30,260 bases of DNA from a virus, in the IMG/VR virus record IMGVR_UViG_3300031566_000252, positions 1 to 30,260 of that record. One strand, given 5' to 3'. Shown here piece by piece: positions 21,426 through 30,260 of the stretch. The notes under the pieces were generated by a model. The model had not been told where the DNA came from. It saw nothing but the letters and a program-made list of their open reading frames with translations, and searched no databases. The stretch's first letter is position 1. Each line of letters opens with the position of its first letter. A program made the translations under genes and the position numbers.

Positions 21426-22175
21426 TTACATTTTCGGTTTAAGAATATCCTCTAAAGCAGATATAATGTCGTGGTCGCTACAAGGCATAAACAATCCCTC
21501 GTGTTCGTGGTATCCCTCGCAACCCATTTCTTTAGCCACTTCAATAGCTTCTTCCTTTGTTTCAAATAAAGGCATTCCATCTATTTCATCTACTTGTTCG
21601 TATTTCTTTTTCTTTTTCTTTTTTGGATGGTTGCCAAGAGTTTCCATTTTATCAACGAAATATCCCTCAATAGATAATCCTTTTAGTTCTCCCTCTTTGA
21701 TTCTTTCCCAAACCTCATCATTTTCTATTTTCATAGATACCATCCACGTTCCTTTTGGTACTTCAAAACCAAAGAGTTTAGATTTATCCATTTCAGCATC
21801 AGTAACAATCCAACTTTCAACTGTATGAACACCTGTTGTATTTTCTTCGTGCTGAATAGTAGCCTTGTTATTGTTCTGATGTTTCAAATACATCTGACTA
21901 GCTTTTTTAACTGTTTCTTCTGTAAAGTAAACATAATACTCCTGATTTGTTTCTGCATCAAACCTATAAATTTGTTTGTTAGGTATCAATGCAGGACTAA
22001 CCAAAACCCTTTGTTCATTGTCAGTCTTTGCTAAAACTAGATTAGATTTCTTTTTATTGAAATACATAAAGTCTATTTCTATTGCAGGGTCTGTTACTAA
22101 AGATATTGCGTCAATAGCCATATCCTCGTTCTGTTCATCTATTACTAATTCTACGATTTGTGTGTTATTTTCCAT
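21426..22175 (-). CDS. XkdF-like prohead protease with a Lys-run linker and a C-terminal Cys/His mini-domain
   Basis: 249 aa. ISLVTDPAIE...HEENTTGVHTVESWIV...GTWMVSMKI...IKEGELKGLSIEGYF resembles the PBSX XkdF family. This is followed by HPKKKKKKKY and EMGCEGYHEHEGLFMPCSDHD. Confidence 0.6.
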   Translation of the reverse strand: MENNTQIVELVIDEQNEDMAIDAISLVTDPAIEIDFMYFNKKKSNLVLAKTDNEQRVLVSPALIPNKQIYRFDAETNQEYYVYFTEETVKKASQMYLKHQNNNKATIQHEENTTGVHTVESWIVTDAEMDKSKLFGFEVPKGTWMVSMKIENDEVWERIKEGELKGLSIEGYFVDKMETLGNHPKKKKKKKYEQVDEIDGMPLFETKEEAIEVAKEMGCEGYHEHEGLFMPCSDHDIISALEDILKPKM

Positions 22176-23959
22176 TATATTGTTGCTTTACGTCTTATTT
22201 TAGTTAATTTATCTTGTTCATTAGTCATATCATCTGATACTACGAATGCTTTTACCACTCCACCTGTTTGTCCACCACTTCCATCATTTCCGGCAAAGGC
22301 TCTACCACCTCCTGCTTGATTAATTGTACTCAATAATGGTTTGAACATTCTTGTACTCTTTGCATTGATAACACTTTCTCCTTTACTTAAAACAGCAGGT
22401 ACAGAATCACTTGTTCCTGTTCCACCACCACCTACGATACCACCTGCTGCAAATTGTGGTGCAGGAGTTGTTGCAATTGCTTTCACTTGTGCTAACCCTG
22501 ATGCTATTGTAATACCTGCTAATGCGGGACCTAAAATTCCACCCTGTGCGATAGCCTTAGATGCACCTACATAAGTATTGATAGTAGCATCAATAATACC
22601 TGCAATCTTTCCTGCTGCTGATTGTTCGCCAAATAAACCTTTAACACCTGCCGTAACACCTTGCATAGTTTGTAACTCGGTATTTGCAACTGCTTTGTTT
22701 ATTTCTTCATCAGCCTTTGCGTGTTCTTCTTTAATTTTAGTAATATCATCAGCTTTCTTTTTTTCTAATTCAGTTATATCTGTACCACTTTTTTCAGCTA
22801 ACCTAAATAGTTCCTCGTATTGTTGTTCTACTTCTTCAAGTTCTCTTTCTCTTTCACTTAAAGTTTCTAATGCAATTTGATTCTTAACCTCTCCAAGTTC
22901 TTTTTCTAAAGATACTTGATTTGTTAATTGCTCACTTCTAAAACCTGTTATTTGTGCTTCAATTCCTTTCCTTTCGTTTAAGGCGTCTTGTAATGCAACT
23001 TGGTTTTCAATGTTATCAAGATTCTTTAAATCTGCTTGTGCTGATGCTATTTGCAAATCAGCTAGAGCCAACATATCTTTTTCTTGTTGGTTTAGTATTT
23101 CCTCTAACTTTTCATTGGCTGCAATTCTTTCTTCAAAACTAGCATTTTCATTATCTCTTATCTGTCTTTGCTTTTCAGCTAATCTATCATTTTCTTCAAC
23201 TAATCCTTGTAATGATGCCTTTGCTAAAATTGCCTGATTTTCTAATTGTTTAGCAGTTTTTGCCTGACTTGCAGCGGCTTTTACATCAATTTCTTTAATA
23301 CCATCTACAACTTGTGTAGTAATATTTCCAACTTCTGAAACGGCTTCTGTAAAATTAGTAACAATACTTTTTCCTGCTTCAACTGTTGCTAAAGCAGTTT
23401 CTTTTATTGCATTTTTAGTTTCCGTTACACCTAAAGTTAATTCAGCTATTTTTTCATTATCCCCACCACCTAAAGGAGATTTTTCCCAAGCTAACATTAA
23501 TTCTTGAATAGCTAATTTAATTCCAAAAAAAGATAATTTTAAAGGTGTTAAAGCAATAGTAATTATGCCACCCATTACTTTACCAAGAGCATCAAAGTTT
23601 TCAGTACTTTTAGTGACGTTTTCATACACTTCAACTAAAGTATTTGCAACCTCATTGAATACAATACTTATAGTATCAAAGACAGTAGAAATAGCATCAG
23701 CAATTTTCTGATTCTTTTGTAATGCTTCTGATAGAAATTCAAATGCTTTTTGTATAACAATTACTATACCTGTCGCACTTGCTATGGCTTTGAAACTTGT
23801 TCCAATACCTTTTATACCTTTAGCAAGTTTTGGTGTCTGCTTTGCCGTTGTTTCGGTAGCTTTACCAATGTCGTCTATTCCTTGTTTGACATCTTCTAGT
23901 TTTTTCTCACTATTGCCTGTATCAATACCGACTTTTGCTATTACTTCTTCTTCTGCCAT
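22175..23959 (-). CDS. Tape measure-like protein
   Basis: 594 aa. N-terminal hydrophobic segments, a long central coiled coil, a Gly-rich C-terminus, and the common TMP motif GGTGTSDSVPAVLSKGESVINA. Confidence 0.7.
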   Translation of the reverse strand: MAEEEVIAKVGIDTGNSEKKLEDVKQGIDDIGKATETTAKQTPKLAKGIKGIGTSFKAIASATGIVIVIQKAFEFLSEALQKNQKIADAISTVFDTISIVFNEVANTLVEVYENVTKSTENFDALGKVMGGIITIALTPLKLSFFGIKLAIQELMLAWEKSPLGGGDNEKIAELTLGVTETKNAIKETALATVEAGKSIVTNFTEAVSEVGNITTQVVDGIKEIDVKAAASQAKTAKQLENQAILAKASLQGLVEENDRLAEKQRQIRDNENASFEERIAANEKLEEILNQQEKDMLALADLQIASAQADLKNLDNIENQVALQDALNERKGIEAQITGFRSEQLTNQVSLEKELGEVKNQIALETLSERERELEEVEQQYEELFRLAEKSGTDITELEKKKADDITKIKEEHAKADEEINKAVANTELQTMQGVTAGVKGLFGEQSAAGKIAGIIDATINTYVGASKAIAQGGILGPALAGITIASGLAQVKAIATTPAPQFAAGGIVGGGGTGTSDSVPAVLSKGESVINAKSTRMFKPLLSTINQAGGGRAFAGNDGSGGQTGGVVKAFVVSDDMTNEQDKLTKIRRKATI

Positions 23960-24075
23960 TTGCCTTTTATTATATCGTTATTATTTGTTTTAATATTTGA
24001 TGTATAATATTTCATAGTGTCTTTCATAACACTAAAATTCATATCTATCAAAAGTCCTAAAAGTCTAAATTTCAT
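23941..24075 (-). CDS. Possible 44-aa ORF in the gap upstream of the tape measure gene (weak)
   Basis: Hand translation: MKFRLLGLLIDMNFSVMKDTMKYYTSNIKTNNNDIIKGKWQKKK. Starts 4 nt after the upstream stop and overlaps the TMP start out of frame. No other support. Confidence 0.2.
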   Translation of the reverse strand: MKFRLLGLLIDMNFSVMKDTMKYYTSNIKTNNNDIIKGKWQKKK

Positions 24076-24078
24076 ATC

Positions 24079-25284
24079 TTAATATGTTACTATTTGAGCC
24101 TTAACATTGTTAATAATACAACCACCTGCTCCTGTTGTTGAGTTTATCATAAATTGTATAAAGTTATTACCACCAACTGTATTTACATAATAACTATGCG
24201 TTCCCTCATTAGTAAATACTTGACTATTTTGATTGTTTACTCTTACTTGTACTTTTAATTCAATGTAATCTATTGTTACATCAGTATATGGTATTTGTTT
24301 TAAGTCAAAAGTAATTTTCCAAAGGTTAGTACCCCAAACTAAAGGAGTATATCTCATTGCTAAATTTCTCGTTCCATCTCCAAACATTTTACTACCACCA
24401 GTAGTTGCATCGTAAGGTATTGTAATTATGTTATTTGTATCTTGATTAATTTTCTGCCAAGTAGGACTTCCTAAAAAATTAGGATTAAAAATAGAATTAG
24501 CAGCTAGTATTTCAGGTATTCTAACTTCTGTAATTTTTAAAGTAATATCCCAATAAACATCATCTCCTACTTCTCCTGTTACCATTAGTTTTAAATAATC
24601 ATGCCCCAATGTATTATCAACCATTTGTAATTCTAAAGAATAATTTAATGCTGAATCTCTTAATTGTGTTGGTGTGTGATTACCTACTTCTGTAAACTGT
24701 CCTGCAATATTTCTGAATGCTTGAAAATTAGATTGACTCCACATCAATCCCTCATTAGAACAAAGAGCAACACTATTAGATTGTATAAAGTAAGCAGTAG
24801 CATAAGAATTGTTAGGATGAAACCTATGGTCTTTCCTGCCACCTATAAAAATCTCTGTTTCAGTATCATCACTTGTAAAGCCACTATATTGTAAAATGGT
24901 GTATCTACCTCTGTTTTGTATTAAGTTAGCTGAATAAGACATCTCTCCAAAGTTTTCACTGTATGAGCCGTTTCCGTGTAATATAGAAAAATTAGCTTGT
25001 TGACTTGTAGTGTGTCTATCTCCATTTAAAACATTGTTCGTTCCTGCCTTAACAATATTGTTATTTCCACGTACAAAAGATTTAACTTCAAATTCATTAT
25101 TTGAATTTAAGTTTTTAGCAGGTGTTATTTCATTGGAAACTGTAAAAGCATAACAATCTCCTGATTTATATTTGTAAGCATATTGCAAACAATCCTCTTG
25201 TGTTCCTTTTGTGGTTGCACCTCTCTTTGTTTCATCAACAAATAAAACTAATCCACCATCTGAAATTGAATCTATTTTTTTCAT
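24079..25284 (-). CDS. Putative tail fibre / receptor-binding protein (401 aa)
   Basis: Last of three large structural ORFs. Asn/Thr/Gly-rich beta-type composition. Function inferred from position. Confidence 0.5.
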   Translation of the reverse strand: MKKIDSISDGGLVLFVDETKRGATTKGTQEDCLQYAYKYKSGDCYAFTVSNEITPAKNLNSNNEFEVKSFVRGNNNIVKAGTNNVLNGDRHTTSQQANFSILHGNGSYSENFGEMSYSANLIQNRGRYTILQYSGFTSDDTETEIFIGGRKDHRFHPNNSYATAYFIQSNSVALCSNEGLMWSQSNFQAFRNIAGQFTEVGNHTPTQLRDSALNYSLELQMVDNTLGHDYLKLMVTGEVGDDVYWDITLKITEVRIPEILAANSIFNPNFLGSPTWQKINQDTNNIITIPYDATTGGSKMFGDGTRNLAMRYTPLVWGTNLWKITFDLKQIPYTDVTIDYIELKVQVRVNNQNSQVFTNEGTHSYYVNTVGGNNFIQFMINSTTGAGGCIINNVKAQIVTY

Positions 25285-27497
25285 TACACCCTTATTAGTT
25301 CAACACTTGTTAATTTGTTTCTGTCTGTATTATAATCAACTTTGTTTAATCTGTACTCTTGCTGATTTATTTTGTATTTTTTAGAAAAATCTAAATTTAG
25401 AATATCAGTAGGAGTTAATTTAGCTTTCATTCTTAATAAAATAGCATTTTCATTATATCTTTCTTGAATGTATGCAAACCAATATTTAGTAAAAAAATTA
25501 TTTGTTGGTTGTAAACTTAAATCACTCATACCAACTGTATTTACTAAACCGAATAAAAAACTAAAATCATCAGCATTAACATTAGAAAGTATATCAGTAA
25601 AATGTGTCATACCATTGTAAGCATATCTTTGGTCTCCAATATCAGGATTCCAAGCTGCATCGTTACTATCTAACAACCAAACAGGACTTATTGGATAACT
25701 AATAGCAGGATTGTAACTTCCTACCCTATAAACTATTCTAGGTTTATTTTTAAAAGTAGTCATAACATCATCTTTCAACTCTCCCATATGTTGTGAATTA
25801 ACTGCTACATTGCTTAAAGTTCTACAAAGTGGTGCTGCAAATACTTTTAATTCAATATCAACTACTTCTGTATTATCTGTATTGTATATTATCTTATGAT
25901 TTCCATATCTCATTCCATTTTGAGATTCATAAATATTATGATAATGGTCGTTACTATCTTCTGCAAATTTAAAGTTAATTTCTTTTGGTATTTCTACCAC
26001 TGATATTTCTTCTTCATTAGTATCAACTTTGTCAGTCCAATCTATAAAATCTTGTGAAACAAAGTCTGAATATGGCTGAAATAAAATTGTATTTCCATCT
26101 TGTTGTGTAACATTTAGATTAAACATTGTAATTACATCTTTCAATATATCTGATAATTTAATACTTCCTAAATTTCCTAATATATTTGATTCAGGTGTGC
26201 TTGGTGCTATGTAGTATCTAAATTCTGATAACAAATTATCAACCCCAAAACCATAATACCAACCACCAACATTACCTGCTGAATTACTAAATTGAGTATA
26301 ACTAGGATTGAAAGATGAACCAAATGTTACTTCTATTACATCTCCTGCATCATAGAAACCACTATGTGTGAAAGTATGGTACTGAAAAGCAGTTGCAGTA
26401 GCAGGATTACCTGCACCATTAAAAGTACTTGCATCTATATTTACAGAATCAGCTACTACACCATTTACAAACATAGAAACAACACCATTTTCAGTAAAGC
26501 CACCACCTAATGTTTGAGGTGCTGATAATAATTTTAAATCTACTTTAATAAATACTTGTGCAGCTTCTGTTAAAGTTATAGTACCATATTCATCTACTTC
26601 ATTTAAAGTATCTCCTGTTTCAATTCCCCATTGAAATTTGTGTGGACTTTGATTTGTAAAAGGAAAAACTTGCCCTACTTCTCCAACACTTTCAAAAGGA
26701 CTTATTTTAGCATAATAAGGTAATCCATCTGCTAAACCTGAAGATAATTGAGCAGTAATAGTTCTTGGTGGTGCTACTTCTTGCAGCATAACAGTATCAA
26801 AATACAATCTTTTAAATTCATCTGTACTAAACAAATCACTAACATAATTGAAACCTGCATATTGCATTATCTTATCAATTACTGCTTTTAACTTTAAACA
26901 CAATACATAGTTTAAATTCTTTTGATAAGGTATATATCCTTGTCCATATTGAACGTCTGTAAAATTAAAGTATTGGTAGGTATAATCTACTTCTACATTA
27001 GATTGATTAACTCCTAAAAAAGAAGCATAAACATTTCCCCAAGACCTTTCGTGATTTAGGTAACTCCAATCAATATCATTCATTGTAGCATCTCCCAATA
27101 TATCCATTAAGTTAGCAACATTATTAAAAATAGTAACCTTATAAGATATTTCTGTCTGTTTGTTTAACGAATGATTTAATGCTAGAAAACCCTCTAGTAT
27201 AGTGATACCATCAACAATAAGAATACATCTTTTGTTTTTATAAGGATTAAAGCCTATAACAACTCCTGCTAATAAAGAAGATTCATTATTATATCTATCT
27301 ACATCGTAGAAATGATTAAAGTATTCGTTGTTATTTTTAGTTGCAGGTAAATTAAAATCTTTTGAATAACTAGCGTTCTTACTACTTACATCTCTTATAT
27401 CATCAATCTGAAATGTTAAAGAAACATTTTCATTTCCATAAGTATCTAAGGTTTGATATTCGCCACTATCTAATTTTACTTTAAGTTCTACTATCAT
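25284..27497 (-). CDS. Large tail/baseplate structural protein (737 aa)
   Basis: Largest ORF in the window, with ATGA-type coupling to its neighbours and an N-terminus typical of tail proteins (VSLTFQIDDIRDV...SKDFNLPATKNN). No search performed. Confidence 0.55.
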   Translation of the reverse strand: MIVELKVKLDSGEYQTLDTYGNENVSLTFQIDDIRDVSSKNASYSKDFNLPATKNNNEYFNHFYDVDRYNNESSLLAGVVIGFNPYKNKRCILIVDGITILEGFLALNHSLNKQTEISYKVTIFNNVANLMDILGDATMNDIDWSYLNHERSWGNVYASFLGVNQSNVEVDYTYQYFNFTDVQYGQGYIPYQKNLNYVLCLKLKAVIDKIMQYAGFNYVSDLFSTDEFKRLYFDTVMLQEVAPPRTITAQLSSGLADGLPYYAKISPFESVGEVGQVFPFTNQSPHKFQWGIETGDTLNEVDEYGTITLTEAAQVFIKVDLKLLSAPQTLGGGFTENGVVSMFVNGVVADSVNIDASTFNGAGNPATATAFQYHTFTHSGFYDAGDVIEVTFGSSFNPSYTQFSNSAGNVGGWYYGFGVDNLLSEFRYYIAPSTPESNILGNLGSIKLSDILKDVITMFNLNVTQQDGNTILFQPYSDFVSQDFIDWTDKVDTNEEEISVVEIPKEINFKFAEDSNDHYHNIYESQNGMRYGNHKIIYNTDNTEVVDIELKVFAAPLCRTLSNVAVNSQHMGELKDDVMTTFKNKPRIVYRVGSYNPAISYPISPVWLLDSNDAAWNPDIGDQRYAYNGMTHFTDILSNVNADDFSFLFGLVNTVGMSDLSLQPTNNFFTKYWFAYIQERYNENAILLRMKAKLTPTDILNLDFSKKYKINQQEYRLNKVDYNTDRNKLTSVELIRV

Positions 27498-29002
27498 AAT
27501 CTTTGTACTCTATTTTCGTGTCCTGATTGTATGTTTATGATGTATTGTTTTAACTTATCATTTGCAGTTGTTTGTAATATGTAATCTGATTCCGTTACTA
27601 TAACAGGGTCAAAGTTTCCATTGCTACTTTGAATATAAGCAATTGGACTTACAAATAATTCTTTCAATGATTCTGCTTCTGCATCAGTTAACCAATCAGA
27701 ATTTGCTTCTATTGTTTCTATTGCATTAACATTATAACTCCTTGTACCACCCTCATAACTTCCATACTCCCAACGATTGTTATTATTTACATTTTGAGGC
27801 TGACTAATTAAAGGAGAATATCCATAATTCGCTTTGTAATTACTTCTAGTTATTTCAGTTGTTCTAGTTGATTTTTTAGTAAAGCTAAAGTAATCCCAAG
27901 CACCTAAACTGTTAAGATAAGTTATTCTAATTCTTTCATAGGTACATTCTTCTGATACTAATCTAAAAGTGTATTTTTCACTAATTTGATTGGTTGCAGC
28001 ATTTCTTGCCCATACCTCATAATGTGTAACTCCATCAAAAGTGGCTTCCGTAACTGCACCACCACCAACTGCCGTTAATCCATTGTCAGCTAAATTCTTA
28101 CAACCTACTCCAACATACAACAATCCCTCTGATGTATAAGGTGGCTCAACTCCATTTTGAATACTAAAGAAAGGATTGAAACTTCCACCATTAGAATCAT
28201 TGTTTGGTATTATCATTGTAAAAGCATTACTTCCATATGCTTTTATGTATATATCATAAACTGATGAAGCTAAATTGATTAAAGGTATTTGATGTCCATT
28301 GTTTCCACTTACATATGTATAAACTCCATTAAAGAAAGCTAAAGTTTCATAATCAGTTTTGGTAACCTTTCTTTCTATATTGTTTTCCTTTCTAGTTAAG
28401 AATTTTTTTGTATTACCATCTAGTATGTAATCAAGACTTTGTGCGTGTCCTTGTTGTAAATCACTAAATTGTAAAACACCATTCCAAAAATAATATCTAG
28501 GAAGAAAATTAGTCTTAGAAGATATTTTTAATACTTTAATTGGTGTCTTTACAAATACACCATCTTCAAACCATTCAGCACCTACCCTAAAATTAACTTC
28601 AACTAAATTACTTTTATTTCTTGCAAATCTATCTATTTGATGAATTGCGTGTGGTTTAGTTTGAAAGCCTATTTGTTCTTTGGTTGATTGATTTAGTATT
28701 CCGTTATTGAAAGATGCAAAACCACTTTGGTCTGTTTTAACATAATCTTCAACTATTGCTCTTACATTAAATAAAGCATTTCTATTATCTAATGCAGGAC
28801 TATTTGGTGGTGCTTTCATTGTAGCGATTTGTTTATCATCTACAAACACTTGCAAAATGTATTTGAAATTTACAAAATTATAGTATTGAGGATAGTTTGT
28901 TATACCATCTAATGAAACTACAAAGTCGTGATAAGCAAAGTTAATTACTTCTCCTTTGTCTGCTTCTGTATATTGAATTGTTATGTAATTCTGTACTGCC
29001 AT
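27494..29002 (-). CDS. Tail-associated structural protein (502 aa)
   Basis: Long ORF translationally coupled to the 737-aa gene. Function inferred from context only. Confidence 0.5.
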   Translation of the reverse strand: MAVQNYITIQYTEADKGEVINFAYHDFVVSLDGITNYPQYYNFVNFKYILQVFVDDKQIATMKAPPNSPALDNRNALFNVRAIVEDYVKTDQSGFASFNNGILNQSTKEQIGFQTKPHAIHQIDRFARNKSNLVEVNFRVGAEWFEDGVFVKTPIKVLKISSKTNFLPRYYFWNGVLQFSDLQQGHAQSLDYILDGNTKKFLTRKENNIERKVTKTDYETLAFFNGVYTYVSGNNGHQIPLINLASSVYDIYIKAYGSNAFTMIIPNNDSNGGSFNPFFSIQNGVEPPYTSEGLLYVGVGCKNLADNGLTAVGGGAVTEATFDGVTHYEVWARNAATNQISEKYTFRLVSEECTYERIRITYLNSLGAWDYFSFTKKSTRTTEITRSNYKANYGYSPLISQPQNVNNNNRWEYGSYEGGTRSYNVNAIETIEANSDWLTDAEAESLKELFVSPIAYIQSSNGNFDPVIVTESDYILQTTANDKLKQYIINIQSGHENRVQRL

Positions 29003-29553
29003 TAGTTATATTTTTTGTTGTAATCCTTAATTGCAAATTTCAAGAACTTATCTATATCACTTGCGTATGCTTTTCTTATTTCAGGTGGTAGTTTTTTAGC
29101 TTCAAATCTAAAGGCACTACTAAAAAATCTAGTAGCAGGTATTCCATATAGTGCAATACTCCTACCAATAAGGTACGCTAAGGACTTATCTTTTATAAAC
29201 CTACCCTTTTTATCCCTACCCTTAATTCCTTTCCTTTTAACCCAAGCTAATGCAACACCTCTTTTGATATTCTTACCTTTAAATTTAAAAGGAGAATTTC
29301 TTCCATTCCTTTTTCCTTTAGGACTTTGTTTTCCTGAACTTCCTTTTACTCCTTTGTCTTGAAACCTCCAATAATATGGTGCAGTAAATTCCATTTCTAA
29401 TGAACCACTTTTATAAACCTCAACCTCATAGTCAAGATTCTTTGCTAATTCGCCACTAGATATATGGTCGCCCTTTGCTAAATTATTTACAGCTCTTTGT
29501 ATAACCTTATCAGCAAATGCTTTTAATACCTTTTCTGTTTCAAGAGTATTCAT
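29002..29553 (-). CDS. Putative neck/tail-completion protein (HK97 gp10-like, with a basic insertion)
   Basis: 183 aa. The N-terminal VIQRAVNNLAKGDHISSGELAKNL and C-terminal GIPATRFFSSAF resemble the gp10-type pattern. A central K/R/G-rich segment is present. Confidence 0.4.
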   Translation of the reverse strand: MNTLETEKVLKAFADKVIQRAVNNLAKGDHISSGELAKNLDYEVEVYKSGSLEMEFTAPYYWRFQDKGVKGSSGKQSPKGKRNGRNSPFKFKGKNIKRGVALAWVKRKGIKGRDKKGRFIKDKSLAYLIGRSIALYGIPATRFFSSAFRFEAKKLPPEIRKAYASDIDKFLKFAIKDYNKKYN

Positions 29554-29987
29554 TAAGCTGTTATTGAGCCAATAGCATAAGGAATATCAACTGCTGCCGT
29601 TGTTACAATATATATGCTTTCTAAAGTGTCAGCAGCTGCAAGAAACAAATTATTCATTACAAAAGTTCCACCTGCTTCTAAAGTTATATTTTGGTCAGCA
29701 GAAACAACATAACTCATAACTATCTTAACGTTAGTTGTATCATCAGCATTTGTTAATCTAATATACTTAACTAAATCAACATCATACTCTCCATCTCTAG
29801 GTGCTACTCCTGTTCTTGAAAATTTAAGTATTTCTTGTGTTCCTGTTTGTATATTGAAAACATTATTTACATAGTTTCCTACATTCTGAATTTCTTGTGT
29901 ATTAATTGTGTCAAATGTTGTTCCATTTAAAGTAATAGTTTCTGAAACTGTTACGCTTAAAGTTGTTGGTGTTACTGTTGATGCCAT
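29553..29987 (-). CDS. Hypothetical virion structural protein (144 aa)
   Basis: Thr/Val/Asn-rich beta-type ORF, translationally coupled to the next gene. Confidence 0.65.
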   Translation of the reverse strand: MASTVTPTTLSVTVSETITLNGTTFDTINTQEIQNVGNYVNNVFNIQTGTQEILKFSRTGVAPRDGEYDVDLVKYIRLTNADDTTNVKIVMSYVVSADQNITLEAGGTFVMNNLFLAAADTLESIYIVTTAAVDIPYAIGSITA

Positions 29988-30007
29988 TTTTATTTTTTAT
30001 TTGTTAA

Positions 30008-30260
30008 TTATTCTATTGCTCCATTACAAGCACTATAATCAAAGAATACTCTAATTGATAAGTCAGCCACCCAACCTGTTACATCATCATCAAATCGTTC
30101 TGTAAATGGTTGGCAGTTAATATTATCTTGTAGTCTGTAATCTGTGTTTGTGTCTATGTTTAATGATTGTGAATTTTTTAATACTGAAATAAAGTCGCCT
30201 ATGATTTGTAGCATATCGCTTAACACATCATTTTCATTTCCCTCATCTTTACTAACTAAG
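30008..30260 (-). CDS. C-terminal part of the junction-spanning 162-aa gene (same gene as 1..363)
   Basis: The reading frame is open from the window end (30260) to the stop at 30008. The track's GTG start at 30226 is internal to the longer ORF seen in the left copy. Confidence 0.75.
   Translation of the reverse strand, partial: LVSKDEGNENDVLSDMLQIIGDFISVLKNSQSLNIDTNTDYRLQDNINCQPFTERFDDDVTGWVADLSIRVFFDYSACNGAIE
30134..30260. repeat. Right copy of the exact 127-nt terminal duplication
   Basis: Identical to 1..127, read directly. Confidence 0.95.

Noticed and set aside
21598-21628. The Lys-run coding stretch (KKKKKKK) in the protease gene as a programmed frameshift or slippery site.
   Set aside because: The mRNA sequence is an AAA/AAG mix (AAAAAAGAAAAAGAAAAAGAAA), not a long homopolymer. 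No productive alternative frame follows, and the downstream in-frame domain looks genuine.
22175-23959. Gly-rich SGG-containing segments (for example DGSGGQTGG) as a possible hidden QueC PP-loop.
   Set aside because: The context is the C-terminal Gly-rich tail of a coiled-coil tape-measure-like protein. There is no SGGxDS motif and no QueC-like fold features.
1-30260. CRISPR arrays, tRNA/tmRNA genes, integrase/repressor lysogeny module, reverse transcriptase/DGR elements.
   Set aside because: There are no spaced direct-repeat arrays. Intergenic gaps are all shorter than about 215 nt and AT-rich, with no cloverleaf-like GC stems. No ORF shows tyrosine or serine recombinase motifs or RT motifs.

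Overview
The window appears to be a complete, circularly closed dsDNA phage genome. Bases 1..127 are identical to 30134..30260, leaving about 30,133 unique bp, and one gene reads straight through the junction. The sequence is visibly AT-rich. Every credible gene lies on the minus strand, tightly packed with many ATGA/TAATG overlaps. Read in transcription order (high to low coordinates, wrapping), the modules are as follows. (1) Virion/tail genes, 29987..24079. (2) A tape-measure-like protein, XkdF-like prohead protease, scaffold-like protein, major capsid protein and a 188-aa structural protein, 23959..18745. (3) A portal fused to a MuF-like domain, 18222..16369. (4) A lysis cassette of a small TM protein, an M15 peptidase and a holin, followed by a metallophosphoesterase, 15758..14152. 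(5) An insulated single gene, 13999..13742. (6) An early/replication-recombination region, 13651..9063, with a Rad52-like protein, a DUF3127 SSB-like protein, a DnaA-C-like HTH protein, a winged-helix initiator with internal iterons, and NinG. (7) A sigma-factor-like gene at 9003..8488. (8) A 7-deazaguanine DNA-modification island at 7618..3509. (9) A ParB-like gene plus the small and large terminase subunits, 3542..1230. The most interesting locus is the deazaguanine island. It encodes QueD, QueE, FolE and DpdA, but I could find no QueC, QueF or amidotransferase. It does carry three non-canonical components: a minimal Gpt-like phosphoribosyltransferase domain fused to FolE, a second tiny T-fold paralogue, and a GT-B glycosyltransferase placed between the synthesis genes and DpdA. 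This suggests a CDG-derived, possibly glycosylated, DNA hypermodification that has not been described. Weak Shine-Dalgarno usage, a TAnnTTTG-like conserved promoter motif and a DUF3127 protein point to a Bacteroidota host; this is an inference. I saw no tRNA, CRISPR array, integrase or DNA polymerase. All functional calls come from motif recognition by eye, not from searches.
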